Source: Acetobacteraceae bacterium (GTDB lineage Bacteria; Pseudomonadota; Alphaproteobacteria; Acetobacterales; Acetobacteraceae). From it: a DNA stretch of 64,000 nucleotides. Shown piece by piece: positions 47,986-57,932 of the stretch; the first letter of the stretch is position 1; the number at the start of each line of letters is the position of its first letter. Location of the stretch: assembly GCA_035492535.1 (NCBI GenBank), contig DATJJM010000362.1, positions 12,241-76,240 of the forward strand. Direction: 5' to 3'. The notes beneath the pieces are model-generated. The model was not told the origin of the DNA, made no database searches, and saw only the letters and a program-made list of their open reading frames with translations. A program made the position numbers and the translations under genes.

Positions 47986-48228
47986 ATGTTGCAATCGCAC
48001 ATCATCGAAGTGGATGGCGCGTTCGTTGGCGTGGCCGTTCGCATCGACCGCGGCTATCGCTTCGTCGCCACCGACTTCCGCCTCGAGGAGCTGGATACCT
48101 CGATCTGGCCCAGCCTCGACGATGTCCGGCGCCTGGCGCGCCGCTCGCTGCAGGCCGCGATGTCGGCCGGCCCGATCTCGCCCGCGCTTCACGCGCACGC
48201 GCATCTCGCAGCCAGCAAGGACCATTGA
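47986..48228 (+). CDS. Small hypothetical protein (80 aa) leading the sulfur cluster
   Basis: ATG preceded by AAGGAAA. MLQSHIIEVDGAFVGVAVRIDRGYRFVATDFRLEELD. The stop lies 3 nt before the ATG of the next gene. No domain recognised. Confidence 0.45.
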   Translation: MLQSHIIEVDGAFVGVAVRIDRGYRFVATDFRLEELDTSIWPSLDDVRRLARRSLQAAMSAGPISPALHAHAHLAASKDH

Positions 48229-48230
48229 TC

Positions 48231-49301
48231 ATGGCAAGCTCCACCCGCCGCGCCCTGTTGCGCGCTGCCGGGATTGCTGTGCCTTCCGCCATTCTCGCGC
48301 CGCGCGTCTTCGCAGTCAGCCGGCCGGCCGCCTCGCTGGATCCAATCGCGGCACCACCGATCTGTCATGCCTCGGCGGAGGTGCCGCTGACAGTGGTGCC
48401 GGGCCAGCGCCGCACATTGCGCCTGACCTGGAACGCCAGCGCGATCTGCACCGTCGGCGTACCCGTGGCGCAGACCAAGGGCTACTTCGAGAAGCGCAAC
48501 GTCGCCGTCGAGCTGATCAACTTCGGTGGCTCCACCGACCAGTTGCTGGAGGCGATCGCCACCGGCAAGGCGGACGCCGGCGTCGGCATGGCGCTGCGTT
48601 GGCTCAAGCCGCTGGAGCAGGGCTTTGACGTGCGCATCACCGCCGCGATCCATGGTGGCTGCATGCGGCTGCTGGCCGCCAAGGCGGGCGGCATCACGAA
48701 GCTGGAGGACCTGAAGGGCAAGACCATCGGCGCCAACGACATGGGCGCGCCCGACAAGAACTTCTTCTCCATCCGCCTGGCCAAGCTCGGCATCGATCCG
48801 CTGAGCGATGTGCAGTGGAAGGTCTATCCGGCCGATATGCTGTCGGTGGCGTTGCAGAAGGGCGAGATCCAGGCGTTCACCTTGGGTGATCCGCTCGGCT
48901 GGGTGGTGCGCGACCGTGACGGCCTGACCGAGGTCGCCACCAACCTCACCGGCGAATACGCGCATCGTGCCTGCTGTGTGCTGGGTGTGCGCGGCAGCCT
49001 GATCCGCGACGACAAGCCGGCCGCGGCAGCAGTCACCGAGGCGTTGCTCGAAGCGCAGGAATTTGTCTCCGCCGATCCGGACGCGTCGGCGGCGATCTTT
49101 GCGCCGTATGCGCCGGCGGCGAAGCCCGAGCAGCTGGCAGCGATGCTGCGCAGCCACACGCACAACCACCATCCGGTGGGTGCCGATCTCCGTACGGAGA
49201 TCGCCGCCTACGTGGACGAACTGAAGGCGATATCGGTGATCAAGCCGAGCACCAATGCCGATCGCTTCTCCGACAAGGTGTACGCCAATGTCCTCAGCTA
49301 G
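48231..49301 (+). CDS. NitT/TauT-family ABC transporter substrate-binding protein (NMT1-like), Tat signal
   Basis: MASSTRRALLRAAGIAVPSAILAPRVFA twin-arginine signal. Type 2 periplasmic binding-protein pattern (GKADAGVGMALRWLKPLEQG ... LKGKTIGAN). Confidence 0.85.
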   Translation: MASSTRRALLRAAGIAVPSAILAPRVFAVSRPAASLDPIAAPPICHASAEVPLTVVPGQRRTLRLTWNASAICTVGVPVAQTKGYFEKRNVAVELINFGGSTDQLLEAIATGKADAGVGMALRWLKPLEQGFDVRITAAIHGGCMRLLAAKAGGITKLEDLKGKTIGANDMGAPDKNFFSIRLAKLGIDPLSDVQWKVYPADMLSVALQKGEIQAFTLGDPLGWVVRDRDGLTEVATNLTGEYAHRACCVLGVRGSLIRDDKPAAAAVTEALLEAQEFVSADPDASAAIFAPYAPAAKPEQLAAMLRSHTHNHHPVGADLRTEIAAYVDELKAISVIKPSTNADRFSDKVYANVLS

Positions 49302-49312
49302 AACCGCCACAC

Positions 49313-49355
49313 TTCCCCTCTCCCGCGAAGCGGGGGAGGGTCAGGGACGAGGGTC
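49313..49355. repeat. REP-like palindromic element, copy 2
   Basis: TTCCCCTCTCCCGCGAAGCGGGGGAGGGTCAGGGACGAGGGTC. Same hairpin-plus-G-rich-tail architecture as 35432-35473. Lies 12 nt after the binding-protein stop. Confidence 0.5.
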
Positions 49356-49497
49356 AGCGGATCGTACCGCGCGCCCTTCCTGGTCCCTCTGGAGGATTGG
49401 CGCTGTCGCCGCTGCGGCGTGGCTCGCCGCCGCTGCCGTCACCCACTTCCTTCCCGACAACGACGACTTCGAGCGAACGAAACTACTCGCCGAGCTC

Positions 49498-50307
49498 ATG
49501 GCTGGCCTAGGCATCGCTCTCGCGGTGCTCACCATCGCGCCGCCGCAGCGGATTCGCCGGGCCGGTCCATGGCTGATCGCGCTCGCGACCTTCTTCACCG
49601 CCTGGGAACTGGTGACGGCAAAGTTCGCGGTCCTCCCTCGCCCGTTCTTTGCTGCCCCCCAATCGCTGCTGGAAGTCTTCACCGATGACTACCCGAAGCT
49701 CGGCGACAGCGTGTGGCACTCGCTGTCGCTGCTCTCAGGTGGCTACGTCATCGGCGCCGTACTCGGCTTCATCGCCGGCGTCGCCATCGGCTGGTCGCGC
49801 GTCGTCGGCTACTGGGCGCATCCGGTGTTGCGCCTGATCGGCCCTCTGCCGGCAACCGCCTGGCTGCCGATCGCCTTCTTCGCCTTCCCGACCAGCCACA
49901 GCGCCAGCACATTCCTGATCGCGCTCGCCACCGGATTTCCGGTCACCGTGCTCACCTGGTCGGGTGTCGCCGGCGTGAACCGCGCCTATTACGACGTGGC
50001 CCGCACGATGGGTGCCTCGCAGCGCTTCCTGGTGCTGAAGGTCGCCATCCCGGCCGCAATGCCATCGGTGTTCGTCGGCCTGTTCATGGGGCTTGGCGCG
50101 TCGTTCTCGGTGCTCGTGGTCGCCGAGATGATGGGGGTGAAGTCCGGCCTGGGGTGGTACATGCAGTGGGCCCAGGGCTGGGCCGCCTACGCCAACATGT
50201 ACGCCGCGCTGCTCGTCATGGCGCTGATGTGCACCGGGCTGATCACGCTGCTGTTCCGTGTTCGCGATCACCTGCTCGCTTGGCAGAAGGGACTCGTCCA
50301 ATGGTAA
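49498..50307 (+). CDS. NitT/TauT-family ABC transporter permease
   Basis: Binding-protein-dependent permease. Start chosen at ATG 49498 (269 aa, comparable to the two paralogues in this window), because the earlier ATG at 49288 would translate through the REP element. Start is uncertain. Confidence 0.75.
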   Translation: MAGLGIALAVLTIAPPQRIRRAGPWLIALATFFTAWELVTAKFAVLPRPFFAAPQSLLEVFTDDYPKLGDSVWHSLSLLSGGYVIGAVLGFIAGVAIGWSRVVGYWAHPVLRLIGPLPATAWLPIAFFAFPTSHSASTFLIALATGFPVTVLTWSGVAGVNRAYYDVARTMGASQRFLVLKVAIPAAMPSVFVGLFMGLGASFSVLVVAEMMGVKSGLGWYMQWAQGWAAYANMYAALLVMALMCTGLITLLFRVRDHLLAWQKGLVQW

Positions 50308-51086
50308 CGGCCGCAGCTCTTCAGCCTGTTGTCGCGGCCGGTGCGTCGCTCGACATCCTGGGCGTCAGCCATCACTTCGACCTGCACGGACGCCCACTGC
50401 CGGTGCTGAACGATGTGAGCTTCCGCGCCGAACCGGGCGAGTTCGTCGCGCTACTGGGCCCGAGCGGCTGCGGCAAGTCCACGCTGCTGCGGCTGATCGC
50501 TGGCCTGGAGCCGCCATCCGTTGGCACGCTGCTGGTAGACGGTGCGCCGATCACCAGGCCGCATCCGTCGCGCGTGCTCGTGTTCCAGGACCCGACGCTG
50601 TATCCCTGGCGCACTGTTCGCAAGAACGCGGCGCTTGGCCTGGAGGCCCGCGGCCTGCAGCGCGGACCACGTGTCGATCAGGCGCTGCGGCTCGTCGGCC
50701 TGACCAACTTCGCCGACGCGTATCCACACCATCTGTCCGGCGGCATGGCACAGCGTGCGGCGCTCGCCCGCGCCCTGGTGAACGATCCCTCGGTGCTGCT
50801 GCTCGATGAGCCGCTGGGCAAGCTCGACTCCATGACGCGCATCACCATGCAGGGTGAGCTGGTCTCGCTTTGGCAGAGCTCCGGTTTCACCGCGCTGCTG
50901 GTGACACACGACGTCGAGGAGGCGCTGTTCCTCGCCCAGCGCGTCATCGTGCTGAGTGATCGGCCGGCCGCCATCAAGGCCGATGTGCCGGTCGACCTGC
51001 CCTATCCGCGGCACCGCGGTGATCCGCGTCTCGCTGAACTGCGGCGCGAAGTGCTCGGCCTGCTCGGCCTCGATGCGAACTGGTGA
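50301..51086 (+). CDS. NitT/TauT-family ABC transporter ATP-binding protein
   Basis: 261 aa from ATG 50301. Walker [13 protein letters not shown], signature LSGGMAQRAALARAL, Walker B LLLDEP. Confidence 0.9.
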   Translation: MVTAAALQPVVAAGASLDILGVSHHFDLHGRPLPVLNDVSFRAEPGEFVALLGPSGCGKSTLLRLIAGLEPPSVGTLLVDGAPITRPHPSRVLVFQDPTLYPWRTVRKNAALGLEARGLQRGPRVDQALRLVGLTNFADAYPHHLSGGMAQRAALARALVNDPSVLLLDEPLGKLDSMTRITMQGELVSLWQSSGFTALLVTHDVEEALFLAQRVIVLSDRPAAIKADVPVDLPYPRHRGDPRLAELRREVLGLLGLDANW

Positions 51087-51099
51087 GGAGCAAACGCCG

Positions 51100-52035
51100 A
51101 TGATTTCACGACGACATCTGCTCGCCGTGCTGCCGGCGTTCGGCATTGCCGCCGCCGCATCCGCGGAACCCAGCAAGCTGCTGCGCGTCGGCTTCCAGAA
51201 AGGCGAGCCGATGCTGGTGGCGAGCAAGCGGAACCGCGCCTTCGAGACGTTGCTGAACCCTCTCGGCATCGACGTGCAGTGGGTCGAGTTCCAGTTCGGG
51301 CCACCCCTGCTGGAAGCGATGCGGGTCAACTCCATCGATATCGGTGCGGTCGGCGACACGCCGCCGGTGTTCGCACAGGCCGCGCATGGCGATCTGCTGT
51401 ATATCGCCGCGCAACGTGCCGGTGGCCAGGCGATCCTGGTGCCGCCTGGCTCCAGGCTGGAGACGCTGCAAGACCTGAAGGGCAAGAAGGTCGCGTTCGG
51501 GCGCGGTTCCAGCGCGCACAATCTGACCATCGCCGCGCTGGAAAAGGCCGGACTGAGCTACGCCGATATCCAGCCGATCTACCTTGGCCCGGCAGACGCA
51601 GGTGCGGCGTTGGAGCGCGGTGCGATCGATGCCTGGACGATCTGGGACCCGTACTACGCCCTGTTCGAGAACCGGCCCGGTGTGCGTGTGCTGGCGAAGT
51701 GGACCGACATCACCGAGCAGAACTCGTTCTTCATGGCCAGCCGCGCCTATGTCGAAGCCAACACCGCGACCACACGGAAGATCGTCAGCGAACTGACGCA
51801 GATTGCCGGCTGGGCACGTTCGCATCGGCCTGAGCTTGCCGCGTTGATCTCGCAAGAGACCGGCATGCCGGTCGAGGCAGTGCAGCGCGCAGCAGACCGA
51901 GCGCCATTCATCGTGTTGCCGATGAACGATGAGATCGTGCGCAACCAGCAGATCGTCGCCAACCGGTTCCGTTCGCTGGGCTTACTCCCGATCGACATCA
52001 AGGTGAGCGATGAAGTGTGGAGGGCCAGCACATGA
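51100..52035 (+). CDS. ssuA: Aliphatic sulfonate ABC transporter substrate-binding protein (SsuA-like)
   Basis: Start at ATG 51100 ([22 protein letters not shown]). LRVGFQKG ... [13 protein letters not shown] ... [20 protein letters not shown] overlap with ssuD. Confidence 0.8.
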   Translation: MISRRHLLAVLPAFGIAAAASAEPSKLLRVGFQKGEPMLVASKRNRAFETLLNPLGIDVQWVEFQFGPPLLEAMRVNSIDIGAVGDTPPVFAQAAHGDLLYIAAQRAGGQAILVPPGSRLETLQDLKGKKVAFGRGSSAHNLTIAALEKAGLSYADIQPIYLGPADAGAALERGAIDAWTIWDPYYALFENRPGVRVLAKWTDITEQNSFFMASRAYVEANTATTRKIVSELTQIAGWARSHRPELAALISQETGMPVEAVQRAADRAPFIVLPMNDEIVRNQQIVANRFRSLGLLPIDIKVSDEVWRAST

Positions 52036-53165
52036 GCGTTCAACCGCTGAACCTCTTCTGGTTCCTGCCGACCGGTGGCGATGGTCCCTATCTCGGTTCA
52101 ACACTCGGCCATCGCCCTGCCGACTTCGGCTATCTGCGTGACATTGCGGTGGCAGCCGATCGGCTCGGCTTCGGCGGCGTCCTGCTGCCCACGGGGAATA
52201 ACTGCCTCGACGGCTGGACGCTCGGTTCGGCGCTCGCGCCCGCCACACGGACGCTCAAGTTTCTGCTCGCGCTGCGGCCCGGTATTCTGTCACCGGCGCT
52301 CGCCGCGCGGCAGTCAGCCGCGTTCGATCGCATCAGCGATGGCAGACTGCTGCTGAACATCGTCACCGGCGGATTGCCGAACGAACTCGCGGGTGACGGT
52401 CTGCTGTTGGACCATGACCAACGCTACCAGCAGACCAGCGAATTCCTGACGATCTGGCGCGGTCTGTTCAATGGCGGCATCGACTTCACGGGGCGCCATC
52501 TGACGGCACGCAAGGCTCGGCTCGGCTCGTTCGGTAGCGTGCAGAAGCCGTATCCACCTTTGTGGTTCGGCGGTTCGTCGCCTGCCGGCATCGAGGTCGC
52601 TGCGGAGCATGTCGATACCTACCTCACCTGGGCAGAGCCGCCGGCCATGGTGGCCGACAAGTTGGCCATCGTGCGCGAAAGGGCAGCCGCGCGCGGCCGT
52701 ACCTTGGAGTATGGCCTGCGCGTTCATCTGATTGTGCGTGAAACAGACGAGGAGGCCTGGCAGGCCGCCGACCGGCTGATCAGCCGCCTGTCCGACGCGA
52801 CCATCGCATCGGCTAAGCGCCAGTTGCTGGAGAAATCGGATTCCGTTGGCCAACGCCGGCAATTCGAACTGCATGGTGGCCGTCGCGACAAGCTGGAGGT
52901 CAGTCCAAATCTGTGGGCAGGCATCGGTTTGGTGCGGCACGGCGTTGGGACCGCGCTTGTCGGCAGTCCGCAAACCGTCGCAGCGCGACTGCGCGAATAT
53001 CAGGCGCTAGGCATCCGCACGGTGATCGCGTCCGGCTATCCGCACCTCGAGGAATCCTATCGCGTGGCGGAACTGCTGTTCCCTGAACTTGGTATCGGCA
53101 AACAGGCATACGAACCAGGTCGCGACCTTGTCGCCGATTACGCCCCCCGCATTGCGGCTGAATGA
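52032..53165 (+). CDS. ssuD: FMNH2-dependent alkanesulfonate monooxygenase
   Basis: Collinear with E. coli SsuD as I remember it: [97 protein letters not shown]. Confidence 0.95.
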   Translation: MSVQPLNLFWFLPTGGDGPYLGSTLGHRPADFGYLRDIAVAADRLGFGGVLLPTGNNCLDGWTLGSALAPATRTLKFLLALRPGILSPALAARQSAAFDRISDGRLLLNIVTGGLPNELAGDGLLLDHDQRYQQTSEFLTIWRGLFNGGIDFTGRHLTARKARLGSFGSVQKPYPPLWFGGSSPAGIEVAAEHVDTYLTWAEPPAMVADKLAIVRERAAARGRTLEYGLRVHLIVRETDEEAWQAADRLISRLSDATIASAKRQLLEKSDSVGQRRQFELHGGRRDKLEVSPNLWAGIGLVRHGVGTALVGSPQTVAARLREYQALGIRTVIASGYPHLEESYRVAELLFPELGIGKQAYEPGRDLVADYAPRIAAE

Positions 53166-53178
53166 CAAGGGAGCTGGC

Positions 53179-53934
53179 ATGAAACGCATCCTTCCCTGGC
53201 TGGTGCCGATCGCGATCCTGCTGGCATGGCAAGCTGGCTCGCAGCTGGGGTTCATCCAGGCCAATGTGCTGCCGGCGCCGTTCGCCGTCGCCGACGCCTT
53301 CTGGCGCGTCGCACGCTCCGGGGAGCTCTGGACCAACATCGAAGTCAGTGCCTGGCGCGCGCTCGTTGGCTTCGCCATCGGCGGTGGCATCGGCTTCGTG
53401 CTTGGCATGGCCAACGGCCTGTCTTCGCTCAGCGAGACGCTGACCGACAGCACGTTGCAGATGGTCCGCAACATCCCGCACCTCGCGCTGATCCCGCTGG
53501 TCATCCTGTGGTTTGGCATCGACGAGGAAGCCAAGATCTTTCTCGTGGCGCTTGGCGTGTTCTTCCCGATCTACGTCAACACGCAGCACGGCGTACGCTC
53601 GGTCGATCCGCAGCTCATCGAGATGGGGCGCGCCTACGGCATGTCGAGCTCGACGCTGTTCCTGCGCATCGTGTTGCCGGGAGCGCTGCCGTCGATCTTC
53701 GTCGGGCTGCGCTACGGGCTCGGCATCATGTGGCTGACGCTGATTGTCGCTGAAACCATCTCGGCATCGTCTGGCATCGGCTTCATGGCGATGAACGCAC
53801 GCGAATTCATGATGGTGGATGTCGTGGTGCTGTCGATCCTGGTCTACGCGGCGCTCGGCAAGCTTGCCGACAGCACGGCGCGGCTGCTGGAGCGCACCTG
53901 CCTTTCCTGGAACCCTGCATACGTGAAGGCTTGA
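53179..53934 (+). CDS. ssuC: Aliphatic sulfonate ABC transporter permease
   Basis: 251 aa from ATG 53179 (MKRILPWLVPIAILLAWQ). Permease EAA-type loop (MGRAYGMSSSTLFLRIVLPGALPSI). Confidence 0.9.
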   Translation: MKRILPWLVPIAILLAWQAGSQLGFIQANVLPAPFAVADAFWRVARSGELWTNIEVSAWRALVGFAIGGGIGFVLGMANGLSSLSETLTDSTLQMVRNIPHLALIPLVILWFGIDEEAKIFLVALGVFFPIYVNTQHGVRSVDPQLIEMGRAYGMSSSTLFLRIVLPGALPSIFVGLRYGLGIMWLTLIVAETISASSGIGFMAMNAREFMMVDVVVLSILVYAALGKLADSTARLLERTCLSWNPAYVKA

Positions 53935-53937
53935 GCC

Positions 53938-54717
53938 ATGACGATCGATGTTCTCGAGCGTGTTGTCAGCCGCGAGCCGCTCAGCAGCGTGACTGGCGCT
54001 TATGTCCATCTGAACGATGTGACCAAGCAGTTTGGCGATCATCACGTGCTGCACGGGATCGATCTCACCGTCGAGCCGGGACAGTTCGTCGCGGTGGTCG
54101 GGCGCAGCGGCTGCGGCAAGTCCACATTGCTGCGGCTGATCGCCGGACTGGACCAACCGACCGGCGGCCGGCTTGCCGTGGACGATGCGAGCAGCGGCTG
54201 GCGCGACTCCGTCCGGCTGATGTTCCAGGAGCCTCGCCTGCTGCCCTGGCAGCGCGTTGTGGCGAATGTCGCGGTCGGCCTGACGCGTACGCCCGATCGG
54301 CAGGCGCGGCACGCGCAGGCGGCGGCAGCACTGCGCGAGGTAGGCCTCGCCGGACGCGACGGTGCGTGGCCGTCGGTGCTGTCCGGCGGTCAGAAGCAGC
54401 GTGTCGCCCTGGCGCGTGCGCTGGTGAGCCATCCAAGGTTGCTGTTGCTCGATGAACCGCTGGGCGCCCTGGACGCGCTGACCCGGATCGAGATGCAGGA
54501 CCTGATCGAGCGGGTCTGGCAGACGAAGGGCTTCACCGCGATCGTGGTGACGCATGACGTGTCCGAGGCGGTGATGCTCGCGGACCGCATCCTGCTGCTC
54601 GAGAACGGTGCCGTCGCGCTGGACGTGACCGTCGATCTGCCGCGTCCGCGCCGGCGCGGCGACCGCGAGGCGGCCGCCATCGAAGGCCGGATCCTCGAAC
54701 GCCTGCTGCAACGTTAG
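53938..54717 (+). CDS. ssuB: Aliphatic sulfonate ABC transporter ATP-binding protein
   Basis: 259 aa. [37 protein letters not shown]. Confidence 0.9.
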   Translation: MTIDVLERVVSREPLSSVTGAYVHLNDVTKQFGDHHVLHGIDLTVEPGQFVAVVGRSGCGKSTLLRLIAGLDQPTGGRLAVDDASSGWRDSVRLMFQEPRLLPWQRVVANVAVGLTRTPDRQARHAQAAAALREVGLAGRDGAWPSVLSGGQKQRVALARALVSHPRLLLLDEPLGALDALTRIEMQDLIERVWQTKGFTAIVVTHDVSEAVMLADRILLLENGAVALDVTVDLPRPRRRGDREAAAIEGRILERLLQR

Positions 54718-54732
54718 CCGGGAGCGTACGCC

Positions 54733-55710
54733 ATGACTGTTGAACTCAGCGGCCTGATGCGTCCGACCCGCCGTTCGCTGTTGTTGGGTGCCTCGTCGCT
54801 TGTCATCGCCCGCACCGGGCGCGCCGCGACCACGCTGCGTATCGGCGACCAGCGCGGCAACATGCGCGCGGTGCTGGAGGCGGCCGATGCGTTGCGCGGT
54901 GTGCCCTACGACATCTCCTGGGTCGAGTTTCCCGCCGCCGCACCGCTGATCGAGGCAATGAACGCGGAAGCCATCGAGCTTGGCGTGGTCGGCGATGCGC
55001 CATTCACCTTCGGCTTCGCTGCCGGCGTGCCGATGCGCGTGATCGCGGCACGCCGCTCGACGCAACAGGGACTGGCGATCGTGGTGCCCGGCAATTCACC
55101 CGCCCACACGCTGGCAGACCTGGAGGGTAAGCGGATCGCGACCGGTCGTGGCTCCATCGGGCACTTCCTGGTGCTTGCTGCGCTGAAGCATGCGGGCTTG
55201 CCGGTCGATGCGGTGAAGCTCGTGTTCCTGCTGCCCGCCGATGCGAAGGCGGCGCTGGCATCGGGTTCAGTCGATGCGTGGTCCACGTGGGAACCCTATA
55301 CCTCGCAGGTCGAGGTCATCGACGGCGGGCGGCAGATCGTCAACGGTGTCGGTATCGCGCCGGGGCAGGGGTTTCAGATCGCCTCGCTTGCAGCGATCGC
55401 CTCGAAGCACGACCAGCTCGCCGACTTTCTCACACGCCTGACATTCGCACGTCGCTGGGCCAATGCTCACGTTGGTCGCTACGCAGAGATCTGGGCGAAG
55501 CTGATGAACTTCCCCGCGAGCGTGCCGCAGCATTGGTTCGCGCGTACCTCGGAGGAAGTGGTGCTGATCGACGACCGGGCGATCAGCGACGAGCAGACGG
55601 TGATCGACCTGTACTCGGGTGCCGGCCTGTTGCGCACGAAATTCACGGCGGCGTCGGCATTCGATGCGAGTTTCAACGCCGCGATCCGCCGCGGCCAGAC
55701 GGAGTCGTGA
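54733..55710 (+). CDS. Second SsuA-like sulfonate/sulfonate-ester substrate-binding protein
   Basis: 325 aa. Signal-like N-terminus (RRSLLLGASSLVIARTGRA). LRIGDQRG ... IELGVVGDAPFTF ... LEGKRIATGRGSIGHF, paralogous to the 51100 gene. Confidence 0.85.
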   Translation: MTVELSGLMRPTRRSLLLGASSLVIARTGRAATTLRIGDQRGNMRAVLEAADALRGVPYDISWVEFPAAAPLIEAMNAEAIELGVVGDAPFTFGFAAGVPMRVIAARRSTQQGLAIVVPGNSPAHTLADLEGKRIATGRGSIGHFLVLAALKHAGLPVDAVKLVFLLPADAKAALASGSVDAWSTWEPYTSQVEVIDGGRQIVNGVGIAPGQGFQIASLAAIASKHDQLADFLTRLTFARRWANAHVGRYAEIWAKLMNFPASVPQHWFARTSEEVVLIDDRAISDEQTVIDLYSGAGLLRTKFTAASAFDASFNAAIRRGQTES

Positions 55711-55907
55711 CATGGACAAGTGGCTCTGGACTTATGCGTCATCGACGATATGGCCTTTCGCGGTGTTGCTCTGCGCGTCCTTGTTCCCCCAGCACGAGGA
55801 TGTCTGGTGTTGGGTCGATGACGACGTCAGCCACAGCGTCCAAGACGACGATTTGGCATTCTACGTCGCGATGATCACGGCCGCACACATCTGATCGGAG
55901 GCATCGG

Positions 55908-56921
55908 ATGAATCGTTCCCTCTTCACACGACGAACCGCCACTGCCGCGACCCTCTCCATGCTGGCGATCGGTCGCGTCCGCGCGGCGGAGACCACGCTG
56001 CTGAATGTCTCCTATGATCCCACGCGCGAACTGTACCGCGACATCAATCGCGCGTTCATTGCTGCCTGGAAGAAGAAGACCGGACAGCAGGCCACCATCA
56101 ACCAATCGCATGGCGGCTCCGGTGCGCAGGCGCGCGCGGTGCTGGATGGGCTGCAGGCGGACGTGGTCACGCTGGCGCTCGCCGCCGATATCGACGCGCT
56201 GGCGAAGCGTGGGTTGCTCGCGGCGGATTGGCAGAAGCGGCTGCCAAACAATTCATCTCCCACGACCAGCACGATCGTGCTGCTGGTGCGCCAGGGAAAT
56301 CCGAAAGGAATCCATGACTGGCCTGACTTGATCCGCCCGAACGTGTCGGTGATCACGCCGAACCCGAAGACTTCGGGAGGCGCGCGCTGGAACTTTTTGG
56401 CAGCGCTCGCCTGGGCGAAGGCGCAGCCGAATGCCACGGCAGCGTCGGCTGAAGATTTCATGCGAGGCCTGTTCCACCATGTGCCCGTCTTGGACACCGG
56501 CGCGCGCGGCGCGACCAACAGCTTCGTGCAACGCGGCTTGGGCGACGTGTTGATCGCGTGGGAGAACGAAGCGTGGTTGGCGCGAAAGGAATTCGGCGCG
56601 GACACCTTTGCCATCGTCTATCCGTCGATCAGCGTACTTGCCGAACCACCGGTCGCGGTGGTGGACAGCGTGGTGGACAAGCGTGGCACGCGTGCGCTGG
56701 CCGAAGCGTATCTGAACTTCCTATATACGCCGGAGAGTCAGGAGATCGCGGCGCGGAACTATTATCGCCCGCGCGATACGACCGTCGCGGCGAAGTACGC
56801 AGAGCGCTATCCGGCGTTGAAGTTAGCCACGATCCAGGACTTTGGCGGCTGGGATACGGCGCAAGCTGCGTACTTCGCTGATGGCGGCATGTTCGACCGC
56901 ATCTTCACGCCTGGAAAATAA
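55908..56921 (+). CDS. sbp: Sulfate/thiosulfate ABC transporter substrate-binding protein
   Basis: 337 aa. [26 protein letters not shown] and [17 protein letters not shown] are typical of Sbp/CysP. Confidence 0.9.
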   Translation: MNRSLFTRRTATAATLSMLAIGRVRAAETTLLNVSYDPTRELYRDINRAFIAAWKKKTGQQATINQSHGGSGAQARAVLDGLQADVVTLALAADIDALAKRGLLAADWQKRLPNNSSPTTSTIVLLVRQGNPKGIHDWPDLIRPNVSVITPNPKTSGGARWNFLAALAWAKAQPNATAASAEDFMRGLFHHVPVLDTGARGATNSFVQRGLGDVLIAWENEAWLARKEFGADTFAIVYPSISVLAEPPVAVVDSVVDKRGTRALAEAYLNFLYTPESQEIAARNYYRPRDTTVAAKYAERYPALKLATIQDFGGWDTAQAAYFADGGMFDRIFTPGK

Positions 56922-56948
56922 CATTCCTACCAAGACCAGGAGCGCATC

Positions 56949-57035
56949 ATGTCACTGCGGATCAACGCCGAGGCACCCAACTTCACCGCCGAGACGATGC
57001 AGGGGTCGATAAGCGTCGCCCAGCCACAAGACTGA
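56949..57035 (+). pseudogene. Relic of a peroxiredoxin gene (N-terminal ~20 codons only)
   Basis: ATG 56949 encodes MSLRINAEAPNFTAETMQGSIS, then diverges and stops after 28 codons. MSLR(I/L)xDxAPxFTAETTQG is the N-terminus of 1-Cys/Prx6-type peroxiredoxins as I remember them. The catalytic Cys region is missing. Confidence 0.5.
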
Positions 57036-57052
57036 TCGAAAGGAGGACTGTC

Positions 57053-57862
57053 ATGCCACTCGATATCTCCGTATCTCCAAAGAACGTGACGGCCACGTTG
57101 CACTACCTGCAGCGCACAGAGCGTCGGCCAGTGCGCTATGTCGGCGAGCCACCGCCGGGCGAAGTCTCGTGGGACGGCATCGACGATCCACGGGATGTGC
57201 TGATCCAGGATGGCCGTGGTCATGAGGCCGAATTCACGCTTGATCGCAACGGCTTCACCTTGCTGCACGCACCGACGCAGGTGCGCGACTTCTACAATCC
57301 GGAAGAGGTGAAGGCCGTCTATTACCCGGAGGTCGAGCGCCTGCTGCGCGATACGCTCGGTGCGTCGCGCGTCGTCGTGTTCGACCATGGCGTCCGCAAT
57401 GCTGGCGTCGAAGGTGGACGCACGCCGTCGCGCCGGGTGCACAACGACCACACGGTGAACTCCGCCCCGCGGCGCGTGCGCGATCATCTGGGTGATGCAG
57501 CCGAGGAACTTCTGAGGGGCCGCTTCGGCGTGATCAACGTGTGGCGGCCGATCCGTGGGCCGGTGCTCGATTCACCGCTGGCGCTGTGCGATGCGCGCAC
57601 TTTCACCGATGCCGACCTGATCGCCAGCGACTTGGTCTATCCGCATGTCCGCGGCGAGACGTCGTCGGTGGAGTTCAAACCGGAGCACCGCTGGTTCTAC
57701 TTCTCGGAGATGCAGCGGGACGAGGCCCTGCTGATCCGCGTGCATGACAGTGCGAACGATGGCCGTGCGCGGCTGTCCTTCCACACTTCGTTCGAGAACC
57801 CTGCCGCTCCCGGTGCGCCTCCCCGTGAGAGCATCGAGGCTCGCACGCTGGTGTTCTACTGA
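57053..57862 (+). CDS. CmcJ/NvfI-family (AsaB-like) putative non-heme Fe(II)/2-oxoglutarate oxygenase
   Basis: 269 aa. AGGAGG-like RBS (AAAGGAGGA). TATLHYL ... YNPEEVKAVYYPEVERLL ... VVVFDHGVR ... RRVHNDHT (HxD) ... FGVINVWRPIRGPV ... SPLALCDA ... LSFHTSF ... PRESIEARTLVFY matches my recollection of this family. Confidence 0.7.
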   Translation: MPLDISVSPKNVTATLHYLQRTERRPVRYVGEPPPGEVSWDGIDDPRDVLIQDGRGHEAEFTLDRNGFTLLHAPTQVRDFYNPEEVKAVYYPEVERLLRDTLGASRVVVFDHGVRNAGVEGGRTPSRRVHNDHTVNSAPRRVRDHLGDAAEELLRGRFGVINVWRPIRGPVLDSPLALCDARTFTDADLIASDLVYPHVRGETSSVEFKPEHRWFYFSEMQRDEALLIRVHDSANDGRARLSFHTSFENPAAPGAPPRESIEARTLVFY

Positions 57863-57932
57863 CCTGATCCAACGACGGCCGCTCGCACCGCAGAATGCGG
57901 CGGCCGTCGTTTCGACCCATGCAAGATTTCAC

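Noticed and set aside
52900-55065. 721-aa minus-strand ORF, plus similar ones at 48189-49310 and 50451-51530
   Set aside because: They are antisense to ssuD, ssuC, ssuB and the binding-protein genes. Their composition is R/H/Q-rich with no domains. Shadow ORFs.
55712-55894. 60-codon ORF (MDKWLWTYASSTIWPFAVLLCASLF...) between the third sulfonate binding-protein gene and sbp
   Set aside because: It has no convincing RBS, atypical composition and multiple Cys/Trp residues in a sulfur-starvation cluster. This region is more likely the sbp promoter.
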